From assembly GCA_002633005.1 (NCBI GenBank), contig NMRA01000021.1, positions 844,298-908,297 on the forward strand: a stretch of DNA of 64,000 nt. The letters run 5' to 3'. The translations under genes and the position numbers were made by a program. Source of the stretch: Phoronis australis. Taxonomy: Eukaryota > Animalia > Phoronida. The notes under the pieces were generated by a model. That model had not been told where the DNA came from and did no database searches. It saw nothing but the letters and a program-made list of their open reading frames with translations. Shown piece by piece: positions 1-11,477 of this stretch (position 1 is the first letter of the stretch; every line of letters begins with the position of its first letter).

Positions 1-200
1 CAGTGGCGGATCTATGATATCACAAGGGGGGGCCCAACATTTTGTCCGGCTGTAAGAATTTCCGCAAACTGAACCACGATTGTAGATGCGCATAGCACCG
101 AATGGGGGGAGGTCGGGAGGGGGGCAGAACCCCTCCCGCCAGGAAATGTTTCTGTTTTTACCTCTAAAAATCAAGCATTTTCCTTGATTCCTGAAGTATT
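1..200. mobile_element. One end of a hAT-like non-autonomous element (CAGTGGCGGATC / CATAGGCGGAT terminus family)
   Basis: Begins cagtggcggatctatgatatcacaaggggg, a near-exact reverse complement of the right end of the element at 24626..24979 (cccccttgtgttatcctagatccgccactg). The inner boundary is approximate. Confidence 0.6.
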
Positions 201-1185
201 ATTCAAGAAAAAAGACAAAAAAAAAACGGAGAACGTGTCAAACAGGAAAAACTGCAACTATCAAAGACTCGAACTCACGACCTGGCGATTAGCGCAATTC
301 ATTCTACCTTTTGAGCTGACACTGATGCAATTGCATCTTTGAGAAACTTCACGCAGTCCATGCGTGAGGGTGCAGCATTGCGTGAGACAGATATCACTCC
401 GTTTCTTAGGTATTCCTTCGTGCGCACGTGAACTGGTCGAGGGTCGGATAACATGGGACTTTTGCTGACAATGCCGGTCACGAAGGGTTCCCTTGAGTTT
501 ATGCCAACCTTAAATAAATAAATAACTTAGTATGCAAATTTGATAGAATTGCTCTTTAACTCAGCCCTAATACATCTTCATTCGGCGAATTTCATCGCAA
601 TTTGATTCACGCCACTTACTATTATGAATTTGACCATGACTTTTCCCTTACTAAGAATTTAACTAATGCTCGTGCTTGAGGAAATGTACTAAATTGTTCT
701 TGGTGAAAATTCGTCTCAAGAATGAATAAGTTGTCAATTTACATGTCGAAAGAAAAATGGATGTCAACAGAATAGGATGCATTTTTGACGAAATGGTATG
801 GGAAGTGAGATTGTTTCAAAAATTTTTGTAGTTCTGCCTATACTGCCGACTTTCTTCACTCCACTTTTTCTGTTTGCTACACTGGGGCGTTTTTTTCTTC
901 ATTGGGCCTCACGATTATCAAAGACAACGCCTTGATATGCAGCTGAAATTCGGCTTAATTGTATTCCACCAGGTTTTTGCCTATATACATAGCAACAGAC
1001 ATGCCACCTGTCAACTTTTCTTCCTTATTGACCACGAGTTCACCTTTTTTATTACACCAAAGTGCCAAAATAAGAAGCATAGTTGGTCTGTTTGTTTCTT
1101 TGAAATCGCGTCGGTGATGCGGTATTTAGTTGCTCACTTGTTAAAAACAAAATTCATCCGACAGGAGCAAAATGGTGGTGGATTT

Positions 1186-1278
1186 GTGTTTGTGTGTGTG
1201 GGGGGGAGGGGTGCGTGTGCGTGGGTGAGTGTGGGTGGGTGGGTGGGTGTGCGTGCGTGCGTGCGTGTGTGTGTGTGT
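1186..1278. repeat. Compound (GT)n/(GGGT)n/(GCGT)n microsatellite
   Basis: Directly visible. Confidence 0.9.
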
Positions 1279-2949
1279 TTTGTTACTCAACGTTTACCAG
1301 TTTCGGATGGAGGAAGGTATGACAATGTCGCACCAGTCATCTTTTTATCCTCATTAGCGACATCAAAATTAGACATGTGGTCAAAATCTTGCATGTTGCC
1401 AAACGAGAAGCACACGCTGTTCATTATGATAGCAAATTTCACCAATAAAACAGTGTTTTAATAGAATTTCGGAGCAAACACCGTGTTGTTGTATTTGTTA
1501 CAGGTTATCTTACGGAATACTATGAATATTGTAAGGAAAAATGCAAATTATTCAGCTTAAGTTGAATCTAACCTCAGAAGGTAACAGGTTAGTGCCAATG
1601 ACTTTTCAACGGGGGCATCTCCAGTGGAATGTAAGGAATTCGACCCTCTGAACATGGTGAAGCCAAAGGTTGAAACCATGCAACGTAGGCCTACACCAGC
1701 ATTCCCAACGGGCAAGGAGCAGGATAGATGAACAAAATCAGCATTGCCGTCAACGGGAATTAAGAAATTGTGTGCTTCTTATCTCAAAAAATGATTTAAA
1801 CTTGGAACATTAAAATACATTTAAAATTGCATCAAGACGAGCCTGCGCCTACGAGTGCATTGCAAGTGGTGTTGTTTCCGGTGATACGTACAAAGACTTC
1901 GACGAGTGCACGAGAATAACAGCGTCATACCTCATTGTCAAGGTCCGTCCATAGCATGCCAAAACATTTTGTTACTATTAAGGCAACCAATATCTTGTCA
2001 ATAACCAATAATGGCCAAAAGAGGACCTACGCTAATCAAAATCGGCTGGTGCCAACACATTCCCTTTCCGTACCTCCCTGTTAAGCTTCTTCAAAATTTT
2101 TCCGGTCGTCTTGCAATAATTAGCAACAATGACTGTCTTGCTACGGTAACTGTATCCAACCGAAAGTCAACGGTGCTGGCACATTCCTGTACCAAATTTC
2201 ATCGTGAACGACTAAGAGGTTCAGTTTAATATCATCGACGGAGAAGCAAAGCTGATGACAGACGCTTGAACATATATATCCACAAGTGTTTAGGAGTGTA
2301 AAATAATAATGGCCACTACATGAGCAATCGTTGTCGTCTTACAAAAACTTGACTGATTTTCATCAAATCCGTCTGGGAACTCCTTTAAGGGGACTAGGAA
2401 ATACGGCCGCTGGTGCAAGGAAACTGCCGAAAACAATGGCTGTCGTGATTTTGTCAGTAGAATTTTGTCAGTTAACTTTTGTAATGATCTTTTCAGTGGT
2501 CAACCAAGGAACACTGAAGATACATTTTGAGCCAAAAGTAAAAAAAACAAAAGTCCCAACAGAGGGCAGTGTTACTCAGATCCGTCCGAAAGTCTTTCAA
2601 TCCAGCATCTAAATCAAATACAGGTGCAAGCTAGTTTTCTAGGGTTAAATTATTGCCTCTCGAATACAGACATAATCTCCTGAAGTCGTGTCCGATGCAA
2701 AGTATCTACAGTGATATTTGTCCATGATAACTTGGTTCGATTGTTACATCGCCACAGTTCCTGAATTGACTTTTTATCACTTTAAATGCGCTCTTGCAAA
2801 TATTCACCCTACCAAATATGAGAAAACCTACCAAATACGAGAAATAGAATCTCACTGAAACGTCAGCTCCAAATGTACTCACTTTTTTGTTACAAACAAT
2901 GAAACTAACACCTTTTTTATTCACCCATATACATGTGTATGTATATGAA

Positions 2950-3735
2950 TGAAATATGGCTTGGGCTACCTGCGTCGTTCACCAACGTTGGGATGTACTG
3001 AAAGTCGACGAAACTTGTCCTATCAGTCTCATCTGTGGTAGAAGAATACAAAGCTTCCAAAGTGCGAGCCAGCATCACTCTGCGGAATACATCTGACCAG
3101 CCATCAGTAGATGCAGAAACCAGTCACACACCGGCAGAAAGTAGTCCACCACCGTGTCAGAGATCAGCGAAGCAGACAGTCGGCTTAGGCACAAGCAATT
3201 AATTAAAATAGCTTGCCAGGATAGGCAAGGACTGGGCTACAAGACCGAAAAGCCAACAAGGAAAAGATCAAAGACTCAGACAGACATAGAATAATCAGGG
3301 AAGTTCAATTGTCAGAGATCGAAGAAAGGTATGCCCGAGCAGTCTGGATGGGCCAACAAAGGGAGTGGACAAAGTGAGACAACGCCTTGCAAAGGTAAAT
3401 CAAGTGGGATGATTTGTGGAAGATGTCTCCTCTGAAAGCAAATTTCCTCATCAGATCTGTTTTAGACTTACTGGATACACCAAGCAACTTGCTACTTGGG
3501 GGTTTAGCGTGTCAACACGAGCTGTATCCAGAGGGGACGCGGATGCACTTTAGAGTATTCCTATCATCTTGCAGCGCAAAATTGGCATCATGAAGGTGCA
3601 CCTACTGACACAGCCAGGTACCGAAGAAATCAAGAACAAATCAAAATCGCAATACCATCAACAACCGTCAGACAGAGCCTGCTCAACTGTGTTGTACCGC
3701 CTGCTAGAGATGGTCTTGGAATAGGGGCGAAATCA
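2950..3735 (+). mobile_element. Degenerate Hero/NeSL-type (R2-group, RLE) non-LTR retrotransposon fragment, post-RT region
   Basis: Manual translation through stops and frameshifts: WLGLPASFTNVGMY*KSTKLVLSVSSVVEEYKASKVR...TGRK...EEERYARAV-like...GQQREWTK*...IKWDDLWKMSPLKANFLIRSVLDLLDTPSNL...LSSC. These match motifs I recall from Hero-clade ORFs. Confidence 0.75.
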
Positions 3736-3739
3736 TTAA

Positions 3740-4747
3740 AGTCCTTCTCTCAAACTGCCCATGTGGTTCCAGTATCCGAAAATACTTACTACATAAAATC
3801 TTATTTTCTACACCCTTTCTTTATATTCTTTTCGCCTTTCTTGCCAAAAGCCATTTTTGAACAGTACTTGACCCTTCTCTCTGAGCGTATCATTACCGGT
3901 TGTCATCGGTTATTTCCGTACCCATATTTCCGAGCATATTTTGAGCACATTTATCACTTAATGAGTAACAACTGCGAGGCTGAAATTTGGTGAACACTGC
4001 TAAATCGTGCAGAATAGTAAGTAAAGTTATGTCTAACTAAATGTTACCGTAATTTGTTGGCAAAACAATTTACACAAAGTTTTAAACTCGTAACTCATCC
4101 CGATGTCCTCCAATATGGCCGACGCGATCCAAACAAAGTGACCCAAATTTCGCCACAAAATTTGCAATAACTTTACAGTGCTTGCCCCGATTTTGATACT
4201 TTTTCGATTTTTACTGAGTAGAATGTACTACCTTTCCGATGATAGCAAAGTACTTTTTCAAAACGAGGAAAAAAATAAAACCGAAAAAATAGGTTCAACC
4301 CATATTGGTTCCTAGGTTCCACCGGCCTACGTAAGGAACTAAACACCAATGCTATTTTAACATACTAAGTACGCGTAACATTCCAAAAAAAATCAACGAC
4401 CACAAACTACAAACTATAAATACACTACATATGCAAACGATTCACAATATATTACTAATAAAACAAAATAATGAAGACTTTTCGAGCAAGCCATAGCACA
4501 TTCAGTTACAAGGAAAAAATGGCGGCGTTCAGGACAAGTTCCTGAACTGATGAGCCGGAAATGTGGGTACGGAAATAACCGATGACAACCGGTAATGATA
4601 CGCGCAGAGAGAAGGGTCAAATACTGTTAAAAATCGCTTTTGGCAAGAAAGGCGAAAAGAATATAAAGAAAGGGTGTCGAAAATAAGAATTTATGTAGTA
4701 AGTATTTTCGGATGCTAGAACCACATGGGCAGTTTGCAAGAAGGACT
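3740..4747. mobile_element. Non-autonomous Kolobok-like DNA transposon with ~190 bp TIRs and TTAA TSD
   Basis: Boundaries are TTAA(3736-39)|AGTCCTT...AAGGACT|TTAA(4748-51). Segment 3740..3932 is an inverted copy of 4556..4747. An RR terminus with TTAA TSD is the Kolobok signature. Confidence 0.8.
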
Positions 4748-6507
4748 TTAAGTTGGCGAGAAAATAAAAAATGCTGCGCGTGTTTTTTGACTGAACGCAA
4801 CCTAGGAATGTATCATTTGCAGTACGATGCCTTATGGATATCTAATTTCATTGTTTTCAATTACGTTCTATTCCATGTCAACTTCCAGTAGCCATGTTTA
4901 AAAGCCCCCGGTGGCCAACGGCCCACTATAACATATAACCTACATGTACCTGCAGTTTTGTCGAACCTGCAGTAGAACTGTTTATGTTTTAAATCCGCAG
5001 ATAGTGACGGCGGTAAATTATTGATATCTACAAATTAGTGTCGACATCGGTCTTACTGAAATGACTTTTGGAACCAAATTGGCATTGATGGATGATTGAC
5101 TATAACTAATCTCATGTTGCAAGCTAAGTTTAATCTGACCTTTTCATAATGTTTATGCGCAAACGTACAAAGAAAAAAAGATGGCACACCAAAGCTACTA
5201 ATATTTAAAACCCCAAGTTGTTTTTTACATTCCAGACTTACAGTTTCATCAACGCCGCCGAAGCCCGGGAAATCAAAGTCACTTTAACGCCAGACGGTAA
5301 CAGAGGTTGTACGCACTTTTACCTATCAGATGGGGAGCCGTTGTTTTTTGATTCCGAAGAAGATACACTGAAACTCCACATCAGGTACATGCATTGTAGA
5401 CTTGACTTAATTTATACGGGGAAAAATAAAAGCAAGGAATACCGACCATTTTTATTTAGCGCACTAATTTCTCACTTCTGTGTGATGAAGTCAACGTAGA
5501 AACCCACTTTCCGTTTTGTCAGTGTCAAGTTGTTGATGGCTGTAACAACTTAGATCGGACAGCACATCAGCATTTCATGAAGTAGTGTCTGTCAAAATTT
5601 GGTCACGAGAGGATTTCAGTGAAATCTCACGTGGCGTAGTTATGGAAATTCCCCGTACACGCTATGGCTCGATGATATTTTCTACTTTCAGAAATTCGTG
5701 ATAGTTATTTGAGAGAGACGTTAAAGTGTAAGGCACTAGAATGACAATAATGTAAACAACCATTTGTTTTCAGGATGCATCAACGGTGTCTGGGGCTGTT
5801 TGCAAGAGGAATGGAAAAAACAGTGGATTGACTTGCAACTTTGCCGCAAAGATTGAAAATCAAGCAAGACCTATTTCAGAACAATTTTCTTATGATATGA
5901 CATGTAAACCGTTCAGTATTCAAACTTAGTTTGAATGAAACGTAGATGTATGTCGTGGACGGTGGACACCATCGAATAAAATGAAATTTTTACTCAGTCA
6001 CTGTAGACCTGCGGTGTAGTCCTAAAAATAATAGAGCTCACACTGGAGAACCACAGAGGTAAATAACTTGCATTATTTAGCAACAAGATGTGCTACTTCT
6101 ATGGAAATGAAGCATAACATGGAATACATGTATTAAAAATCAGATGTTGACAAAAAGCACAACATTATTCAAACTGCACAAGGCAGAAGGCAATACGAAA
6201 ATAAACATTGAACAATCAGCACGTCATGCGTTCAGACCACGTAAGCGCTATTATCAGGGTCAGGGTATGCGTTGGCACACATGTTACTCGTAGTTGGTTC
6301 CACAATGTCTCGACCTGAATGGCTCTGTCTGTATCCCATTTGAGAAATTGTCCTTGTTTAGCACAAGAGTGTAGATATACTTGTAGATTTACTAATCCGG
6401 CTGACAGCGTTTGTAAGTAGTCCTGCACCCCTTTTCTTTTCATTTTTCTCCCTTCGTGCGTCCCTGCGGATGGGCATGAGCTGTCTTACAACATCTCTTG
6501 TGGCGCT

Positions 6508-7215
6508 TTTTATTGCCCATCTTACCAGAGATTACCTATTATACTTTATTTACCTGTATTCACTTTATTGTAATTGTACTAGTCATAATAAATGACCTTA
6601 TATCACCTACCTCGGTCTCCTTTTCATTTCTTGTAACGAGTTTGCGACGCACGTATCATTTGTCTATTATTCGGGACATATGTCGATCATAAATGGTATT
6701 TCACTCGTTAAATATATTTATGTGAGAACATGGACCCGCCTTACTCCTTTTCCCCCTCATCTCGGTCTATTCCATTATTCCCATGTGCAGGACTACACGT
6801 CGTTTTTCCAGCCTTCGCATTGGTCTGCTGTTATCACGTGCCTCGAGTTTGGTCAGCTCTTGGCTCTCATAGGCTGATGATTGTCACGTGTCTTTAAGGG
6901 CGTTTTTCTTTGTTATTGTAACCTCGCTTTCAGTTCACTTTGTTCCGGCTACATTGCTGTACGTCAAAAACTCATGCAATTTCCCCACCCTCTTCCTGCC
7001 AGTATTCGTCATTCTCTCGTACTTTCACGTGGCCGGCGCATTTTATTGCCCATCTTACCAGAGATTACCTATTATACGTTATTTACCTGTATTCATTTTA
7101 TTGTAATTGTACTAGTCATAATAAATGACCTTATATTGCCTACCTCGGTCTCCTTTTCATGCTTGCGACGCACGTATCATTTATCTATTATTCGGGGCAT
7201 ATGTTGATCATAAAT
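6508..7215. repeat. Direct repeat pair of ~180 bp (6508..6694 and 7041..7215)
   Basis: ttttattgcccatcttaccagagattacc...gatcataaat occurs twice, with an ~12 bp indel. Confidence 0.9.
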
Positions 7216-9050
7216 ACTACAGTGTCGTCTTCACTTATTTCTTTGACGTGATTGCTTAGGCGTTTTCTGTGCTCTGATGGGATCGTTGAGTTGACGGGTT
7301 TGGATTTTGATAAAACTCTAAGCCGTGGCTGTCATGTTGACACATAACATTGCTTAGGAGATGACGTTCTCTCTCTTCAAGTTCCTTTACACTCTTTCAT
7401 TTGAATAGGTTGTTCGTGCTATGCATGCCTTTTTGTATATGGATTCTGCGCTGTCATCAGTCGAGTGCTTGACATTGTTAAGGTGGTACTTGGTAGCTTG
7501 CATACGTTACACAGATGTAGATCTCTTCAGCTGTAGGCAAAAATGGGTTCTACGTCTGTGGAGGATGCTCACTGTAATGCGTTTGCCAACGCCAGCCCAT
7601 GTTGGTGAGGGACTTGGCACTGATTGCTTCTAGACTCTCAACAATTATGGTCGTGAAGTTGTACACGGTTAATTCTATAGTGACTTTAGGATGCTCATTA
7701 TTGTAGAACCACAGCTTCATTATCTCATTAAGCAAATTTGTGTAAGTTGTTGCTAACATGCCAATCAACTTTTTATTGACCCGTAGTCAAATGTCAAGGT
7801 CATTCAGATCTCTTTAGGGCAGTTCATCTAAGAAGTTTATAAGTTTACCGTGAATGAAACGGATGTCTTACCGGACTGAACTTTAAGATGGGGTCATAAT
7901 GAGAATAGAGAATTTTATGACCGTCTTGTGGCTCCTTAGTATAGTTGAGATAAAGCGTTTCATTGCAAGATCAAAGAAGAGACTATCGTAGTTTTAATTC
8001 AAACAGTACGCTCGTGACACGCGCACTCGCAGTTTCCTATTTTTGCGATCCAGTGGGAGATGATGGCAACTTCGCAACACAAAAATTTGTTCTGAAATTG
8101 AGTTTGCTGGTATTAAAACACTACAAACTTCTATGTCTAACGGAATGAAACCAGTTTCCATAATTTGTTGTGGCATGGAAGGAGATGAACAGTTGATTGA
8201 AGAATCAGCGAAAAAAGAGTCTGGCCAATAAGAGACGCTATATTTCATTGCTCCGAAAGCGGACGCATGAGATCGCTCTACTACTTCAGCAGTAGAGTGA
8301 CTGTAAAACGCCAATTTTGCTAACACCGGTAAATAATTCAGTTTACTCAACCAAGACTGTACTTTTTAATGACACTAAATTTGTGTCAGGTTTTCTTCGG
8401 CCATTGTTTATCATCTGACAGTGTTTACGGGGGATCTAAATTGATACCTGATCGACTGGTGGGGTTGTTTTATAGTGTTTTGATTTACATTCGGTGATTT
8501 GAAACACTTTAAAGGTGAAGCGATCGTTAGAGCTGTTTCGATGAATCTGTAACAATCACAATAATGTTCTTATTCCATGAAGAATACTAGTCACGAGTTG
8601 CATGAGACGGTCCTGTATTTGAGATCCAGTTACTACTTGTAACTGAACTTGAAGAATGCTCATCAGAGGAAGAAACTGGAACTGTTTCACTGATCAAGCA
8701 CGGATGATCGGTTTATTTGGGCCACATTCCGGCCACTTAGGCACAAGTCGGATTTTTCCGTCAGATTCACCTTGCCAATACAGGTGCATTCTCTTTTGGC
8801 CTGTTATGATTTTCACGCACCATGGCTACAAAATGGAGAAAACCGGAAGAGCTGAGATTGATATAAGACATACCAAACATCGTCACTGCAATACAGAGAT
8901 CTATATAGCATGGAGTGGCTGTGTTTGGAGAAGTCAATTAGAGGTGCATTGAAAGATTTGTAAATCCGACAATTCCGTGTTCCTTGAAGAGCGTCACGAT
9001 TGTTCTCAACACTCTCAACACATCACAGGTACCCTTAATAATCCACTCGT

Positions 9051-9058
<8 letters not shown>

Positions 9059-9100
<42 letters not shown>
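9059..9100. repeat. (TA)n microsatellite
   Basis: Directly visible. Confidence 0.95.
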
Positions 9101-9105
<5 letters not shown>

Positions 9106-11054
9106 GTGGGGTACATATAATGCCCCACAATTTCAGACCTATCAGAAACTGTTATTTGGTATGCACAGTGTCTCCACGTGTATTTTCTCAACAACTTGGT
9201 TTCATAAGGACATCCTATATATAACTCTGATTAGGCTCTCCCAAAAAATGTCACTGTTATTATGAGTGCCCTGCTCCGGGCTGCCATATGTGACCTACGT
9301 TGGTACAGTGTTATGTAATGGCCATACAGGATAGTAAGTTACTTGACCTTCCACTGTAACAAGCCTCTGAGGTTTTGATTTTAGTGTTTTAGAGTTGGAG
9401 TGGAGACAAGTTTTACTTCGTTTTATCTGAAGCGAGTATGTNTAATGCCCATTAACTTAGTTGACCTTCCACTGAAACAAGCCTCTGAGGTTTTGATTTT
9501 AGTGTTATAGAGTTGGAGTGGAACATCCGTTTCAGAGTTTGAGTTGAGACAAGTTTTACTTCGTTTTATCTGAAACGAGTATATTTGAGTAGAAGATGGT
9601 ACATTCAAGATCCAAGTCTATGGTAAGTCTTTCAAATTTCTTAATATTTTGATTATTTAAGTTATTGCAAATTCATGTATCAGACTGGCATAATCATGAC
9701 TAACATGTATTTGGCAGGGCCCTAGAAACTATTTCTAATGCAGAATATGCGGCCAAATACTCGCATCTGTCCCTCCCAAAAATATTTCAAAATCTAACCA
9801 CCCCTTTATTATGACCTGAAGAATCTCTTTTACTATAAAAATTCCAGAGAGTTGTAGATTTCTTTGCTTTATATCGCTGAGAATAATTGCACTTCGTAAG
9901 ATTTTCCAGACTCACTGCGATATGGTACCTTTTCTAAGAGATTTCCTTACAATTAAATGGATGCCTTTCAATAGCGATTTTCCTACGAAATTCGTCCATT
10001 TTGTGTACTCGAAAGCTACAAAAGGCCCTCTAAGATGGAATCCCTGTATCAAATAAATAAGCAATAATTATACATATAACAAATTTTAATAAGAAGCATA
10101 TACACTGAAGCATATCGTGAGGCATTGAGTCAAATCACTCATAAAACTTTTACAGTTTGGTCTGGTTCAGTCCTAAATGTCAAGCACAAACTTTTCCTCA
10201 AAAAATGTTTTACACTTCAAACAAGCGTGGAAAATTAGCGACCAAAGGTATGCTGTATTGTTTGCCCAGTTCTTTAAATGTGAGTATCTTCTTAATGTAC
10301 CATGAAACAGTACATGTTTTCACACCGATTCAATGTGAGGGATCTAGTATTAACCTTAGATTTTTTCAACCCTTAAATGAAGCCTTTGAAATCAGTGACT
10401 GAAAACCAAATCTCAAACGTGAAATGGGAAATTCCAGGGTAAAATAATTTCCTGAAGTTATTTTGTGTGAGTTGCCAAAATATACAGGTTCTCAAATCTT
10501 TACTAACTATGTGCCTAGAATGTGTATTCACTAAACATATTTTCTGTTGTCATTAAAAGGACGGCACAAACACCAGACCAGACTATGTGAAAAACAACCT
10601 AAAATATCATTGAATTCTCTTAGCGACTTTGACGTCTGCTTAAAAGACTCAATAATTAAGGGATGGTTGGTCTAAAGGTTACGTGGCTCAAATGGTCAAT
10701 AGTCCGAAGAAGTAAGGAAATTTTATCTTGCGTTACCAACTCGGCAGTTTCCAAGAANTAACCGGGATATATAAAATACTGGGGCATATATCTAATGGGA
10801 TATATAAAGTTGCGGGGTATATAGTGTATACACCTAATGGGACATACATAACTGCGGGCTATATATTGTCCTGGGGTATATACATGTACCTAGTGAGGTA
10901 TATATAATTGAGGGATATATATTGCTCCGGGGCATATACCCAATTGGGCATATACAGTTGCGGGCTATATATTATATATATATGCCCCGGAACAAGGTCT
11001 CAAAATTTTACCCCAATTCAAGGTTTCAGATAATAACCCCATATCTGTATACAA

Positions 11055-11057
<3 letters not shown>
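9101..11057. mobile_element. Unclassified (TA)n-flanked repeat, copy A
   Basis: Starts with the hairpin aattgtgggg...ccccacaatt. 9101..9441 matches 11121..11460 and 9590..10757 matches 14171..15313. A ggggYatata subterminal array lies at 10760..10990. Contains Ns at 9442 and 10758. Confidence 0.55.

Positions 11058-11120
<63 letters not shown>
11058..11120. repeat. (TA)n microsatellite
   Basis: Directly visible. Confidence 0.95.
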
Positions 11121-11121
<1 letters not shown>

Positions 11122-11477
11122 ATTGTGGGGTATATATAATGCCCCACAATTTCACACCTATCAGAAACTGTTATTTGGTATGCACAGTGTCTCCACGTGT
11201 ATTTTCTCAACAACTTGGTTTCATAAGGACATCCTATATATAACTCTGATTAGGCTCTCCCAAAAATGGCACTGTTATTATGAGTGCCCTGCTCCGGGCT
11301 GCCATATGTGACCTACGTTGGTACAGTGTTATGTAATGGCCATACAGGATAGTAAGTTACTTGACCTTCCACTGTAACAAGCATCTGAGGTTTTGATTTT
11401 AGTGTTTTAGAGTTGGAGTGGAGACAAGTTTTACTTCGTTTTATCTGAAGCGAGTATGTTTGTGTAGAAGATGGTAC

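Noticed and set aside
262-300. tRNA-like B-box (GTTCGAGTC on the minus strand)
   Set aside because: No full cloverleaf or A-box; at most a SINE fragment. The similar patch at ~19880..19935 is rejected for the same reason.
874-1461. 195 aa ORF, the longest in the track
   Set aside because: It runs through a GT/GCGT microsatellite, has a non-ATG start and shows no recognisable domain.
4547-4580. CTGATGA...GAAA hammerhead-like string
   Set aside because: Stem II and flanking stems cannot be formed, and it overlaps a transposon TIR.
7960-9030. Coding-like stretch
   Set aside because: Fragmentary frames with no motif I can assign.
8984-11311. ORFs with YIYIYI runs
   Set aside because: These are translations of (TA)n microsatellites.
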